Assembly (NCBI RefSeq): GCF_009914755.1
Contig: NC_060942.1
Origin: the human T2T-CHM13v2.0 reference genome, Homo sapiens
Direction: 5' to 3' (one strand)
Length of the DNA: 64,000 nt
The stretch's first letter is position 1, and each line of letters begins with the position of its first letter. The notes under the pieces were generated by a model. That model had not been told where the DNA came from, made no database searches, and was given only the letters and a program-made list of their open reading frames with translations. Shown here in pieces: positions 24,040 to 38,530 of the stretch. The translations under genes and the position numbers were made by a program.

Positions 24040-24976
24040 TTGTCAAATTCTGACACACTTTGTTCTTTCATTTGATATTCTTTGCTTGACCTAGCTTCAG
24101 TCAGGTTGCTGAAACTTCTTCTAGGTCCATCTGTGTAGTTCCACGTAAAAACCCAGTTTTAGCAAGAACATTGCTCAGTCAGTTTAGCAAGAATCCCCCA
24201 TCCTCTTTATTTGATCACCTTCACTATCTGATTGATAAATATAGCTCTGTTACAGCAGCATAAAACAGACTAAGACAATAAATATATAACTGAGTTTCTC
24301 ATTGTGTTAATTTGTTTTGTGCTGCTTTGAGAGAATACCACAGGCTAATTTTTAAATAATAGAGATTTATTTCTTACTGTTCTGGAGTCTGGGAAGTCCA
24401 AGACCCAGACGCATCTGGTGAGGGTCTTCTTGCCACGTCATCCCATGGCAGAAAGCAGAAGGGCAAAAGAGAGCAAGAGGGGGGTCAAACTCATTTTTAT
24501 AACAAACCCACCTAGGTGACAACTAATCTATTCCCACAATAATGATATTAATCCACTCATGAAGGCAGAGCTCTCATGACCAAATCACGTCTTAAAATTC
24601 CCACCTCCCAACACTGTTGCATTGGGAGTTAAATTTCTAACACATGAACTTTGAGAGACACATTCAAATCACAGCATTCATCTTTTACCATCTCTGAGGT
24701 GATGTTCCATCATCCTGGCCTGTCTTCAGCAAGAATCCTGCTAGATTGGTATAGCCAGAATCTCCCTTGTTTCTGATGTTTCCTCTCAGTAATTTTCTCA
24801 TGGTTTATTTCCACCAACCCTCCCTGCTCCTTGGCTATAAATTTCCACTTGCTCATGGTTTACGTAGTTGTGAGCCCAGTTTTATGCTGAGGTCTCTTTT
24901 CCTGTATTGCAATAGTCTTGAATAAAATATATTTTTAACACTTTTACTACTGTCCAGCTTTGCCTTTTCTTTGACA
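24040..24976 (+). mobile_element. MER31-like ERV1 LTR interrupted by a MaLR LTR (~24303-24675)
   Basis: agtcagtttagcaagaatccccc...cctggcctgtcttcagcaagaatcctg...ccttggctataaa...aataaa...tttgaca. Confidence 0.65.
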
Positions 24977-25574
24977 TATTAAGGCTTATCAGACAGAACT
25001 GCCTCTACTTTTGTCTTCCTAAACTCCTAAGACTGAATACCCTAAGGAGCCCCCACTACTCGCCTGGTTTGCCTATCTCTGACCCACGCATGAACAGAGG
25101 AGATTTTATATCAAGAGCCTCTTAATAGCTCAGCCACCAAGTTTCTAATTCCTTATCTCTGAGTTGGTCTTTAAGACCAGACTCATGGTTCAATTTATCT
25201 GATTATCCTGCTTATTTCCCAAATCAACCTCTCAGACTAAGTCCTCTTTCTGTTCTGAGACAATGAGTTCTGGTTAAATACATGGATAATTGCCAGATTC
25301 CTTCCTGATGTTGGCAAAGAGAAGTTAGTGTTGTTGACTTCTGTCAGGACTACACTACATGCATTATTTCCTTGACTATACAAACATATAGTACTCTAGG
25401 AAAATCTGTTTCATGAACATCTATTACATGAACATCTATCAAGACTATAAAAACCTAAATTTAAAAATCATACCCTTCATTACTAATGGTTTAACTATCA
25501 ATTTCATATTTAGATTATGATTTAATCTCAGTTCCTCAGGAGAAATATAACTTTCATACTTAAAGGGACTAAAT

Positions 25575-25610
25575 ACACACACACACACACACGCGCACAA
25601 ACACGCACAC
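25575..25610. repeat. (CA)n/(CG) microsatellite
   Basis: Direct inspection. Confidence 0.85.
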
Positions 25611-25714
25611 TTCCTTTCAACACACTTATGTGGGCCTAAAAGAATATAATTGCAAGCAATATCGTATAATAAAGGCTAATGTTAGCAGTGATAACAACTG
25701 AGAATTGAACAGTT

Positions 25715-26312
25715 TGTCACTGGGAAACCAAAATATGCCACCCTAAAATATGTTTCTTTGGCATATTTCAGTATGGCTATTTAAAGGGGCTGCAGACACA
25801 GGAGTAGTTCTGAAAAGCTGTCCTTTTGTGGAGGAGATTTGCATCTGTAGAGGAAATCTATATTAGTGAAGTAAACAGCAGATGCAAACAGGCTTTCTTG
25901 AGGGCCTCCTTATCTGCCTTATCCAAATCTAGGAAAGATTGACTCACAGGAAAAGGAGACTAAAGTCCTGACACTTTTACAGAATTGACAGAGAAACTGG
26001 TACCATAGGTTACCATCTAGTCTTTCAAGGGCTACTATATGAGAGCCTTTATCTGTATAACAAGACAGCCTTTGTTCACCAAACCTTTCTTCCCTTACAC
26101 CTCTCATAGCCTGTCATCATCTCCACCAAGAAGCTCCAAACCTCTATTCTTTTCTGTATGGCCTCTTTTTTGAGTGTCATATTTTGTGTGGCTTCTGTGC
26201 ATATGTGCAGATTAATAAAATAGTCCTCCTAATCTGTCCATTGCCAGTTTATTTCAGCAGACTTAAAGACTCAAACCTTCAGAGAGGGAGGGAGAAATCC
26301 CTTGGCCCCTAC
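25715..26312 (+). mobile_element. MER34-group ERV1 LTR
   Basis: accaaaatatgccaccctaaaatatgtttctttggcata at the start; AATAAA near 26214; ends ggcccctaca. Confidence 0.6.
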
Positions 26313-29300
26313 ATCACCATTATAATGGTTTTAATTCATAGAGAGGCAAATTCAGAACAAAGCACTCTTAAGGCTACAAATCACAAATTTTAGTGTGGCA
26401 ACTCATTGTGCAAAAACTAAGTAGCAGCGGGATCGGACCATGTTCTGGACTCCCACAGTAATCACCTCTACTTCTTTCATGGCAGTTTATCTTCTTGCCT
26501 TGTTAAATAGTAATTTTTGTCTGAATTAGTAGTTATATACTTTTTCTCCCTTTGTATACTTATTTATTGAGAGCAAGAACCAACTCAACTTTGTATCCAC
26601 TGTGCCTCTGCCTTCCCAGCCTAGTTTAGAGTTCAGATTGTTAGTTTGATGGCTTGAGTGCTCCACTGAGCAATGGAAGGGGAGGCAGGGGATACAAGTG
26701 CAGCAGTAAATGTAAATTCATGTGTCTGTTAGGTATGGATATGTGCTATTTTTACTTTAGTTCTTACAAGTTTCTTCCTAGTTCGTATGAAAGTGTTTCT
26801 TATTCAAGTATCTAAGTATTATAGAACCCCTTTATACAACTGAAAAAAATAAGTCCTCATCTATCCCTAATGCTAATTTCAATACTTTTTATTAGAATAT
26901 TACTTAGAACTTGGGGCAAAGCAAGACAGCAGAATAGAAGTCTCCACTGATCATCCCCACTGCAATGACACCCTTTTAACAACTAGCTAGACCCAAAAAA
27001 GCAACTTCATAAGAAATAAACATCAGGTGAGCACTCACAGTACCTGGTTTTAACATCATTTTGCTGAAAGAGGCACTGAAGAAAGCCAGTCTTGAATTAC
27101 CGAAGCCATCTTTCCCCCATCCCCCAGCAGCAGTGTGTGGTATGGAGAGCATTTCTGTGCACTGGGGAGAGAGAGAGAGCAGCAGTTGTGACACATTGAA
27201 CTCAGAGCTGCCCTATTAGATCAGAAAACAAAACTGAACAAAACTTAGCTGATGCCCACCCACAGAGGGAGCATTTAAACCAGGCCTAGCCAGAGGGGAA
27301 TTGCTGATCCCAATGGTCTCCAAACTTGAGTTCCTGCAAGCCTCCCCACCACAGGCTAAGGCTCTCTGGGGCCCTAAATATACTTGAAAGGCAGTCTAGG
27401 CCACAAGAACTGCAAGACTTATGCAAATCCTAGTGTTGAACTGGGCCCAGAAACAGTGGGCTAGGAGGGCACACGAACTACTGAGACACCAGCCTGGGTG
27501 GCTAAGAGAGTGCTGATATCACCACTCCTCTAACCCCAGACCACATAGCTCACAGTTCCAAAAGAGACTCATACCCTCCACTTGAGGAGAGAAGGAAGGA
27601 CTTTGTCTTGCATCTTGGATACCAGCTCAATAGAGCAGAAAAGGGAACTGATCAGAGTTCAGTTCCAGGCTCTAGCTCTGGATGGCATTTCTAGATATAC
27701 CCTGGGACAGAAGGGAACTCCTTGCTTTGAAGGGAAGGATCCAGTCCTGGCAGGATTCATCACTTGCTAACTGAAGAGAGCTCTTGAAGTTCCAAATTCC
27801 AGGAATTGGTTCTTGGATGGCATTTCTAGACCTGCCCTGGGCCAGATGGGAGCCCACTACCCTGAAAGGTGAGTCCCAGGCCAGACAGCATTCACTACAA
27901 GCTGGCTGAAGAGCTCTTGGGCCTTAAGGGAACATTGATAGTAGTGTGGCAATACTCCCCATGGGCCTGTGGTAGCAATGGCCACAGGGTAAGTCTCCTC
28001 TGCCTTTGGAAAAGAACAATGGGAAGGACTTTTTCTTGTGGTTTGAGTACCAGCTCAGCCACAGTAGAGTAGAACACGAGGTAGACTTCTAAGGTTTTCT
28101 ACTCTAGTCTCTGGTTTCTGGACAGCACCACTGGACCCACTCAGGGCCTGGGGACTTCTACTCTGAAGAGAAGAACACAGGCCTGGCTGGCTTTGCCACC
28201 TGCTGATTATAGAGCCCAGTGGCCTGGAGTGAACATAGGCCATAGCCAGGGAGTTGTTACAGCAGGCCTTGGGCGAGATCCAGTGTGTGCCGGCTTCAAG
28301 ACTGACCTAGCACAGTCCTACTAATGGTGGCCACAGGAGTGCTTGTGTCACTCCACCTCCAGCCCCAAGTGGCTCAGAACAGAGAGACTCCATTTGGGAG
28401 AAGGTAAGGGAAGAGAACAAGAGTCTCTACCTGGTACTCCAGGGAATCCTTCTATATCTTGTCCAAGACCATCAAGGTGGGATCTCTATGAGTCTGCAAG
28501 AACCACAGCATTGCTGGGCTTGGGATGCCTCCTAAAAGAGATACAACTTAGATCACAGCACCCAAGTCCTTTTGAATACCTGGAAAGCCTTCTCAAGAAG
28601 GCCAGGTACAAAAAAGTTCAGGCTGAGAATACTGCAATAAATACCCAACTCTTCATTGCTCAGATACAAATGAACATCTGCAAGTATGAAGACCATCCAG
28701 AAAAACATGGCCTCCCCAAATGAAGTAAAATAAGACACCAGGGACAAGTCCTGGAGAAATATAGATATGTCGTCTTTCAGACAGAAAATTCAAAATAGCT
28801 GTTTTGAGGAAACTCAAAGAAATTCAGATAATATAGAGAAGGAATTCAGAATTCAATCATACAAACTAAACAGAGAGATTGAAATTACTGAAAAGAATCA
28901 AGCAGAAATTCTGAAGCTGAAAAGTGTAACTGGCATACCGAAGATTGCATCAGAGTCTTTAAATAGCAGAATTAATCAAGCAGAAGAAACAATTAGTGAG
29001 TTTGAAGATAGGCAATTTGAAAATACAGTCAGAGGAGACAAAAGAAAAAAGAATAAAGAATAAAAAACAATAAAGCATGCCAACAAGATCTAGGAAATAG
29101 CCTTAAAGAGGCAAATCTAAGGGTTATTCACCTTAAAGAGGAGGTAGAGAAAGAGATAGGAGTAGGAAGTTTATTCAAAGGGATAATAACAAAGAGCTCC
29201 CCAAACCTAGAGGAAGATATCAATATTGAAGTACCAAAAGGTTATAGAACACCAAGCAAATTTAACCCAAGGAAGACTACCTTAAGGCATTTAATAATCA

Positions 29301-29559
29301 AACTCCCGAAGGTGAAAGATAAAGAAAGGATGTTAAGAGTAGCAAGAGTAAAGAAATAAATAACATACAATGGAGCTCCAATATGTCTGGCAGAAGATTT
29401 TCAGTTGAAACCTTATAGGCCAGGTGGGAGTGACACGACTTTAAATATGCCATAGTTTAAATATATACTATTCTAGGGTACAACAAATTACCCTAAAATA
29501 GTATAGCTAGTGAAAATATCCTTTAAACATGAAGGAGAAATAAAGACCTTCCCAGAATA

Positions 29560-32500
29560 CAGAGGACAAGATGGCTGACTAGACACAGACAAGTGGAACA
29601 GCTTCCATGGAGGGGCTGAGACAACTGGAATGCTTTTAACAGATCTTCAGAGGGAAGTCGCTGAGGGTGGAAGGAGGAAAGACAGAGAAGCTGGGGTGAG
29701 GGGAGAGAAATCTGGGAACCCAGCACAGGCTACTGCACACTGGGACTCATTTTTGAAACACAACAGCTCAGGGGGAACCGGTGAGAGGAACTGGCAAGGA
29801 GCAACCTGCTCTTGCCACATGCCTGTGGGATCCTGGCAGAAGGGGACCCCTTCTGCCACCATGGACACTTGAGGTGTCAGAGAGAGCTGCTTAGAGAAGT
29901 GGCTGGAGCAGCAAGTCAGCTGATGTGGATCCCAGAGAGTTTGGTATGGGATTATCTGTAGTGGAGTATGGCCAGGGATGGCCATCCTCTTAGGTTTGAC
30001 TTGTCCCCACAAGAGACTTTAGCCTTAGGTGAACTGTCAGACCTAATCTCTGCATGGTGGTCTTGCACATCAGATGGGGCTTGCCCAACCTGAGCACTCA
30101 GTGGTCTACTGGACTCTCCTGGGTCCCCAGCCTGGCCACACCTGCTTACAGGGAAGTTTTGGGTCCCTGGGGCCCAGATCATAGCTTCTGCACCAGAGGA
30201 CCATGCCTGACCAGTGGAGAGTTCCAGCTAGGCAGCTACTACATCCCTGCAACAGCCCACATGCTCCCCACTCATACTGCAGCTTCCTTTAGACCCACAG
30301 CAACTCCCCACATCAGTTTTCTGGTGCATGTCTACACAGGTGGATTTTGCTTTACTTGCCCCACCAGCATATAGGAATTCAGTCTGCCTCTCTCTCCCTG
30401 CCAACCACCATTGCAGATGGACCCTCGTGGGCACAGGGCCAGCAAGCCCCACTACCACCAGCACCCTGCCTTTGCACTAACACAACACAAAGAACAGCAG
30501 ATCTTCCCACATCCTAAGTGATCATTCCTGCTTGCAGGGCACAGAGAAGACACCCAGACCTGCACTGGCCAGCCCTTGACCCCCAAGCCAACACTACCTC
30601 CAGTACAACTATGCACACTGTCTCCAACAGGACCCCCCACCAGCTGCATTGCCTCCACCAATATGGTGAATGCCCATAGTGAGGATGGAACCCCTGCATC
30701 TGCCAGCACTCTGTTGAAGCTGCCACACCTTGGCCCTCCCAGCACAGTGGACTCCAAACCTTGAGGAGCCAGAGTACCAAGTCAAGGCCTAATACAAGTC
30801 CCCCAGAGTTAGAGCATGCAGTTTTAGGGTTGGGAGCTGAGTGTTGACCCCCTAAAATCTCCCCAAAATGAAACCAGTCAGCTGAATCCACTTTATACCA
30901 CAATCAAACCTTCAAGGTCATCAAAGAGGGTAAAAGAGAAAAAGAAATCCAAAGGTCAGCAACCTCAAAGTTTGAAGGTAGATAAGCCCGCAAGATGAGA
31001 AAGAATTGGCACAAGAATACTGAAAACTCAAAAAGCCACAGTGCCTTCTTTTCTCCAAATGACCATATCACCTCTTCAGCAAGAGTTCGGAACTAGGCTG
31101 AGATGGCCAAAATGACAGAAATAGAATGCAGAATATGGATGGGAATGAACATCATTGAGCTACAGGAGTACATTGAAACCCAGTACAAGGAAGCTAACAA
31201 TTAGGATAAAACAATGCAGGAGCTGACAGACAAAATAGCCAGTATAGAAAATAATGTAACTGACCTGATAGACCTAAGAAAACACACTACAAGAATTTTA
31301 TAATGCAAGCACAAGTATTAATAACAGAATAGACCAAATTGGGGAAAGAATCTCAGAGCTTAAAGACCATCTTCCTGAGATAAGACAGGCAGGCAGGCAA
31401 AAATAGAGAGAAAAGAATGAAAAGGAATGAACAAACCTCCGAGAAACATGGGATTATATAAAGAGACCAAATCTACAACTAGTTCATTTCCCTGAAAGAG
31501 ATGGGAAGAATGGAACCAAGTGGAAAACGTATTTCAGGATATCATCCAGGAGAACTTCCCCAACCTAGCTAGAAAGGCCAACATGCAAATTCAGGAAATG
31601 TAGAGAACCCCAGTGAGATACTTCACAAGAAGATCATCCCAAAGACATAATCATCAGATTCTCCAAGGTCAAAATGAAAGGAAAACTCTTAAAAGCAGCT
31701 CTAGAGAGAAAGGTCAGGTCACCTACAAATAGAATCCTATTAGACTAACAGTGGAACTCTCAGCTGAAACCCTTTAAGCCAGAAGAGATTGGGAGCCAGT
31801 ATTCAAAATTCTTTTTTAAAAAAGAAATTCCAAACCAAAATTTTATATACAGCCAAACTAAGATTCGTAAGTGAAGGAGAAAGAAGATCCTTTCCACACA
31901 AGCACATGCTGAGGGAATTTGTTACTATCAGATGTGCCTTACAAGAGCTCCTGAAGGAAGCACTAAATATGGAAAGGAAAGACCATTACCAGCCACTACA
32001 AAAACACTAAAGTACACAGACCAGTGACACTATAAAGCAACCATATAAATAAGCCTTCAAAATAACCAGCTAACATCATAATTATGGGATCAAATCCACA
32101 CATATCAGTATTAACCTTAAATGTAAATGGGTTAAATGCCCCAATTAAAAGACACAGAGTGGCCAATTGGATAAAGAACCAAGACCGAGTGGTATGCTGT
32201 CTTCAAGAGACCCATCTCACATGCAATGACACATAGGCTCAAAATAAAGAGATGAAGAAAAAATTTACCAAGCAAATGGAAAATGGAAGAGCAAGGGTTA
32301 CAGTCCTAGTTCTTGACAAAACAGACTTTAAACCAACAATGATCAAAAAAGACAAAGAAAGGTATTACATAATGGTAAAGTGTTCAATTCAAAAAGAAAA
32401 TCTAACTATCCTAAATATACATCCACCCCAATAAAGGAGCACCCAGATTCATAAAGCAAGTTCTTAGAGACCTTGAAAGAGACTTAGACTTCCACACAAT

Positions 32501-35500
32501 AATAGTGGGAGACTTTAACACCCCACTGACACTATTAGACAGATCATCGAGACAGAAAATTAACAAAGATATTCAGGACCTGAACTCAGAACTGGATCAA
32601 AGGGACCTGATAGATATCTACAGAACTCTCTACCCCAAAACAACAGAATATACGTTCTTCTCATCATATGGCACATAGTCTAAAATTAATCACATAATCA
32701 GTGGTAGAACACCCTGAGCAAATGAAAAGGATCTGAAATCATGAAAAGCTCTCAGACCACAGCACAATCAAAATAGAATTCAATATTAAGAAATTCACTC
32801 AAAATCACACAACTACATGGAAATTGAAAAACCTGCTCCTGAATGACTTTTGGGTAAATAACAATATTAAGGCAGAAATTGAGAAGTTCTTTGAAACTAA
32901 TGAGAACAAGATACAGCATACCAGAATCTCTGCAACACAGCTAAGGCAGTGTTAAGAGGGAAATTTATAGCACTAAATGCCCACATCAAAAAGTTAGAAA
33001 TATGTCATATTAACCTAACATTACAACTAAAAGAACTAGGGAACCAAGAGAATATAAACCCAAAGCCAGCAGAAGACAAGAAATGACCAAAACTAGAGCT
33101 GCATGAAAGAAAAAGACACACAAAAAAATCAAAAGATCAGTGAATCCAGAGGCTGGTTTTTTGAAAAAATTAATAAAATAGACCACTAGCTACATTAATA
33201 AAGAAGAAAAGAGAAAATTCAAATAAACACAATCAGAAACAATAGGGGGATGTGACCACTGATCCCATAGAAATACAAACAACCATCAGAGAATATTATG
33301 AATACCTCTATGCACATAAACTAGAAAATCTAGACAAAATGAAGAAACTCCTGGACACATACACTTCCCAAGACTGAACCAGGAAGAAATTAAATCCCTG
33401 AACAGATCAATAACAAGCTCTGAAATTGAGGCAGTAATAAAATAGCCTACAAACTAAAACAAAACCCAGGACCAGATGAATTTACAGCTGAATTCTAACA
33501 GATGTACAGAGGTGATCTGGTATCATTCTTACTGGAACTAGCCCAAAAACTTAAGAAGGATGGACTCCTCTCTAACTTATTCCATGAGACCAGCATTATC
33601 CTGATACCCAAACCAGGCAGGGATACAACAACAACAAAAAAAGAAAACTTCAGGGCAATATCCTTGATGAACATTCTTGGAAAAAAAAACCTCAACAAAA
33701 TGCTGGCAAACCAAATCAAGCAGCACGTCAAAAAGCTTATCCACCACAACCAAGTAGGCCTCATCCCTGGGATGCAAGGTTGGTTCAACATACACAAATC
33801 AATAAAGGTAATTCATCATATATACAGTACTAAAGACAAAAAAACACATGATTATCTCAATAGATGCAGGAAAGCTTTTGATAAAATTCAACATTTTTCA
33901 TGTTAAAAACTCTCAATAAACTGCGTATTGAAGGCACATACCTCATATTAATAAGAGCCATATATGACAAACCCACAGCCAACATCATTGTGAATGGGCA
34001 ACAGCTGGCAAAAGTTTTCAAGCATTCCCTTTGAAAACTGGCACAAGACAAGGATGCTGTATCTCACCACTCCTATTCAACATAGAATTGGAATCCTGGA
34101 CAGGGAAATCAGGCACAAGAAAGAAATAAAGGACATCAAAATAGGAAGAGAGAAAGTCAAAGTAACCATGTTTGCAGATGATATGATCCTATATCTAGAA
34201 AATCCCCTAATCTCAGCCCAAAAGCTTATTAAGCTACTAAAGAACTTCAGCAAAGTCTCAGGATACAAAATCAGTGTGCAAAACTCACTAGCATTCCTAT
34301 ACACCAACAACAGTCAAGCTGAGATCCAAATCAGGAACATAGTCCCATTCACAATTACCACAAAAAGAAAAAAATACCTACAAATACAGCAAAGTAGGGA
34401 GGTGAAAGATCTCTACAAGGAGAACTACAAAACACTGCTCAAATAAATCGGAGATGACACAAACAATTGGAAAAACATTACATGCTCATGGTTAGGAAGA
34501 ATCAATTTCACTAAAATGGTCATACTGCCCAAAGTAATTTACAAATTCAATGCTATTCCTATTAAACTACCACTGAGATTCTTCACAAAACTAGGAAAAA
34601 AAACTGTTTTAAAATTCATATAGAACCATAAAAAGAGCCCAAATGACCAAGAGCCCTAATAATAAAAAAAAAAAAAAAAAGCAAAGCTGGAGGCATCATG
34701 CTACATGACTTCAAACTACACTACAGGGCTACAATAACCAAAACAGCATGGTACTGGTACAAAAACAGACACATAGACCAATAGAACAGAATAGAGAACC
34801 CAGAAATAAGGCCATACACCTACAACTATCTGATCTTTGATGCAGCTGACAAAAACAAGCAATGGGGAAAGGACTCCTTATTCAATAAATGGTGCTGGGA
34901 TAACTGGCTAGCCGTATGCAGAAGATTGAAACTGTACCCCTTGCTTACACCATATACGAAAATTAAGTCAAGATAGATCAACGACTTAAATGTAAAACCC
35001 AAACCTATAAAAACCCTGGAAGACTACCTAGGCAATACCATTCAGGACATAGGCATGGGCAAACATTTCATGATGAAGCAATTGCAACAGAAGCAAAAAT
35101 TGACAAATGGGATATAATTAAAGAGTTTCTGCACAGCAAAAGAAACCAGCAACAAAGCAAACAGAAAACCTACAGAATGGAAAAAATTTTTGCTGACTAT
35201 GCATCTGACAAAGGTATAATATCCAACGTCTACAAGGAACTTAAATTTACAAGAAAAAAAGAAACAACCCCATTAAAAAGTAGGCAAAGGACACGAAGAA
35301 GAACTTTGCAGCCAACAAACATATTTTTAAAAGCTCAGCATCGCTGATCACTAGAGAAATGCACATCAAAACCACAATGAGATATGACCTCACACCAGCC
35401 AGAATGGCTATTATTAAAAAGTTAAAAAAAAAAAAAAAGGATGCTTGCAAGGTTGTGGAGAAAAGGGAATGGTTATACACTGTTGGTGGGAGTGTAAGTT

Positions 35501-36088
35501 AGTTCAACCATTGTGAAAAACAGTATGGCAAGTCCATAAAGATATAAAGACAGAAATGCCATTCAACCTAGCAATCCCATTACTGGGAATATACCAAGAG
35601 AAATATAAATTATTCTATTATAAAGACACATGCATGTGTATGTTGATCACAGTGCTATTCACAATAACAAAGACAAGGAATCAACCTAAATGCCCATCAA
35701 TGATAGACTGGATAAAGAAAATATGGAAGATATACATCATGGAATACTATGCAGCCATAAAAAAGAATGACAGCATGTTCCTCACAGTGATATGGATGGA
35801 ACTAGAGGCCATTATCCTTAGCAAACTAACACAGAAACAGAAAACCAAATACTGCATATTCTCACTTATAACTGTGAGCTAAATGATGAGAACATGTGGA
35901 CACCTAGAGGGGAACAACACACATTGGGGTCTATCCAAAGGTAAAGGCTGGGAAGAGGGAGATAATCAGGAAAAATAACTAATAGATACTAGGCTTAATA
36001 CCTGAGTGATTAAATAATCAGTACAACAAACCCCCATATATTAAGTTTACCTATGTAACAAACCTGCATATGTATCCCTGAACTTAAA
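29560..36088 (+). mobile_element. Full-length degenerate LINE-1 (L1PA13-16-like) inserted in ORF1 of the older L1
   Basis: 5'UTR, ORF1 and ORF2 remnants ([21 protein letters not shown]; [12 protein letters not shown] in 33994-34446) and 3'UTR; TSD core AAAGACCTT at 29542-29550 and 36257-36265. Confidence 0.9.
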
Positions 36089-36256
36089 GGCCTGCCAGGT
36101 GAGGAGGGGGAGAGTATTAAGGAAAAGAGCTGATGCATGCTAAGCTTAATACCTAGGTGATGGGTTTATAGGTACAGCAAACCACAATGGTACACGTTTT
36201 CCTATGTAACACACCTGAACATCCTGCACATGTACCCCAGAACTTAATAATAATAA
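36089..36256 (+). mobile_element. Second L1 3' end (L1PA10-12-like) in tandem
   Basis: gcttaatacctaggtgatggg...acagcaaaccacaatggtacacg...tgcacatgtaccccagaactta repeats the 3' terminus with different diagnostic bases. Confidence 0.8.
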
Positions 36257-38530
36257 AAAGACCTTTTCAAGAAAAAGAAAAAGTCGAGGGATTTTATCAA
36301 CATCTGTCCTACAAGAAGTGTTAAAAGGAGTATTTCAACCAGAAAGAAAGAAATTAATGAACAATAAATAATCACCTGAAGGTACAAAATTTACTGGTAC
36401 TAGTAAGTACACAGGAAAACATGGAGTATTATAGCACTGTAACTATGATGTGTAAACTACTCTTATCCTAAGTAGAAAGACTAAACAATGAACCAATCAA
36501 AAATAATAACTACAACAACTTTTCAAGACATAGTACAATAAGATATAAATAGAAACAAAAAGATGTTAAAAAGCTGTGGGACAAAGTTACAGTGTAGAGT
36601 TTTTACTAGTTTTCTTTTTGCTTGTTTGTTTATACAAATAGTGTTAAGTTGTTATCAAGTTAAAAGAATGAGTTATAAGATCGAATTTGCAAGCCTCATG
36701 GTAACCTCAAACAAAAAAACATACAACAGGTACACAAAATATAAAAAGCAAGAAACTAAATCATATCACCAGAGAAAACCATCTACACTAAAAGCAAGAC
36801 AGAAAGGAAAAAAAGAAGGGAGAGAAGCCCACAAAACAACCAGAAAACAAATAACAAAATGGCAGGAGTAAGTTCTTTCTTATCAATAGTAACATTGAAT
36901 GTAAATGGACTAAACTCTCCAATCAAAAGATACAGAGTGGCTGAATGAATAAAAAACAAGACCCATTGATCTTTTGCCTACATGAAAGACATTTCACCTA
37001 TGAGGAAACATATAGGCTGAAAACAAAGATAGTTCATGCTAATGGAAAAAGATAGTTCATGCTAATGGAAACCAAAAACGAGCAGGAATATCTATACTTA
37101 GATAAAATAAATTTCAAGACAAACTATAAGAAGAGACAAAGAAAGTCACTGTATAATGAAAAGGGGGTCAATACAGCAAGAGGATATAATGATAGTAAAC
37201 ATTTATGCACCCAATACTGGAGCACCCAGATATATAAAGCAAATATTATTAGAGCTAAACAGAGAGATAGACCCCCAATACAATAATAGCTAGAGACTTC
37301 AACACTTAAATTTCAGCACTGGACAGATCTTCCAGATGGAAAAGTCAACAAAGCAACACTGGACTTAATCTGCACTGTAGAAAAAATGGACCTAATAGAG
37401 ATTTACAGAACATTTCTTCCAAAGGCTGCAGAATACATATTCTTTTCCTCAGCACATTGATCATTCTCAAGGACAGACCATGTGTTAGGTCACAAAACAA
37501 GACTGAAAACATTTTTTTAAATTGAAATACTACCAAGGATCCTCTCTGAACACAATGGAATAAAGCAAGACACAAATAACAAGGGGAATTTTTGAAACTA
37601 CAAATACTTGAAAATTAAACAATGTGTTTCTGAATGATTAGTAGGTCAATGAAGAAATTAAGAGGAAAATTGAATATTTTTGTAAACAAATGATAACGGA
37701 AACAAAACATACCAAAATCTATGGGATACAGCAAAACAGTACTAAGAGGGATATAAGTGCCTACATTAATAAATAAGAAAAACTTCAAATAAACAAGCTA
37801 AAGATGCATCTTAAAGAACTAGAAAAACAAGAGGAAACTAAACCCAAAATTAATAGAAGAAAAGAAATAATAAAGATTGAGCAGAAATAAGTAAAATGAA
37901 GAAAACAATAAAAAAGATCAATGAAACAAAAAGTTGATTTTTGAAAAGTTAAACAACATTAATAAATTTTTAGCCACAGTAAAAAATAAAAGAAAGAAGA
38001 TTCAAATAAACAAAATCAGAGGTGAAAAGGACTAAAACTGATACCACAGAAATTCAAAGGATCACTGGTGGGTACATGAGTAACCATATGCCAATAAATT
38101 GGAAATTTAGAAGAAATGGAAGAATTCCTAGACATATACAACCTAGCAAGATTGAACCAGGAAGAAATCCAAAACCTGAACAGACCAATTGCAAGTAAAA
38201 AGATTGAAGCTGTAAAAAAAGTCTCCCAGTGAAAAAAAGCCCAGGACCCAATGGCTTCACTGCTGAATTCTATGAAACATTTAAAGAACTAATACCAATC
38301 CTCTTGAAATTACTCTGACAAATAGAGGAGGAGGAAATACCTCCAAACATTGTATGAGTAAGGCCAGTATTACCATGATACCAAAACCAAACAAAACATA
38401 TCAAAAAAAATTATAGGCCAATATATCTGATGATTATTGATATAAAAATCCTCAACAAAATACCAGCAAACTAGATTCAACAATATGTGAAAAAAATCAT
38501 CATGACGAAGTGCAATTTATCTTTGGGATG

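Noticed and set aside
27660-28160. Two to three imperfect repeats of ggatggcatttctaga...ccctggg.cag
   Set aside because: Internal repeats of the old L1 5'UTR; irregular spacing and no constant repeat, so not CRISPR-like.
37026-37072. 21-bp tandem duplication (aagatagttcatgctaatgga); similar small duplications at ~25412 and ~55239
   Set aside because: Ordinary slippage duplications with no sign of function.
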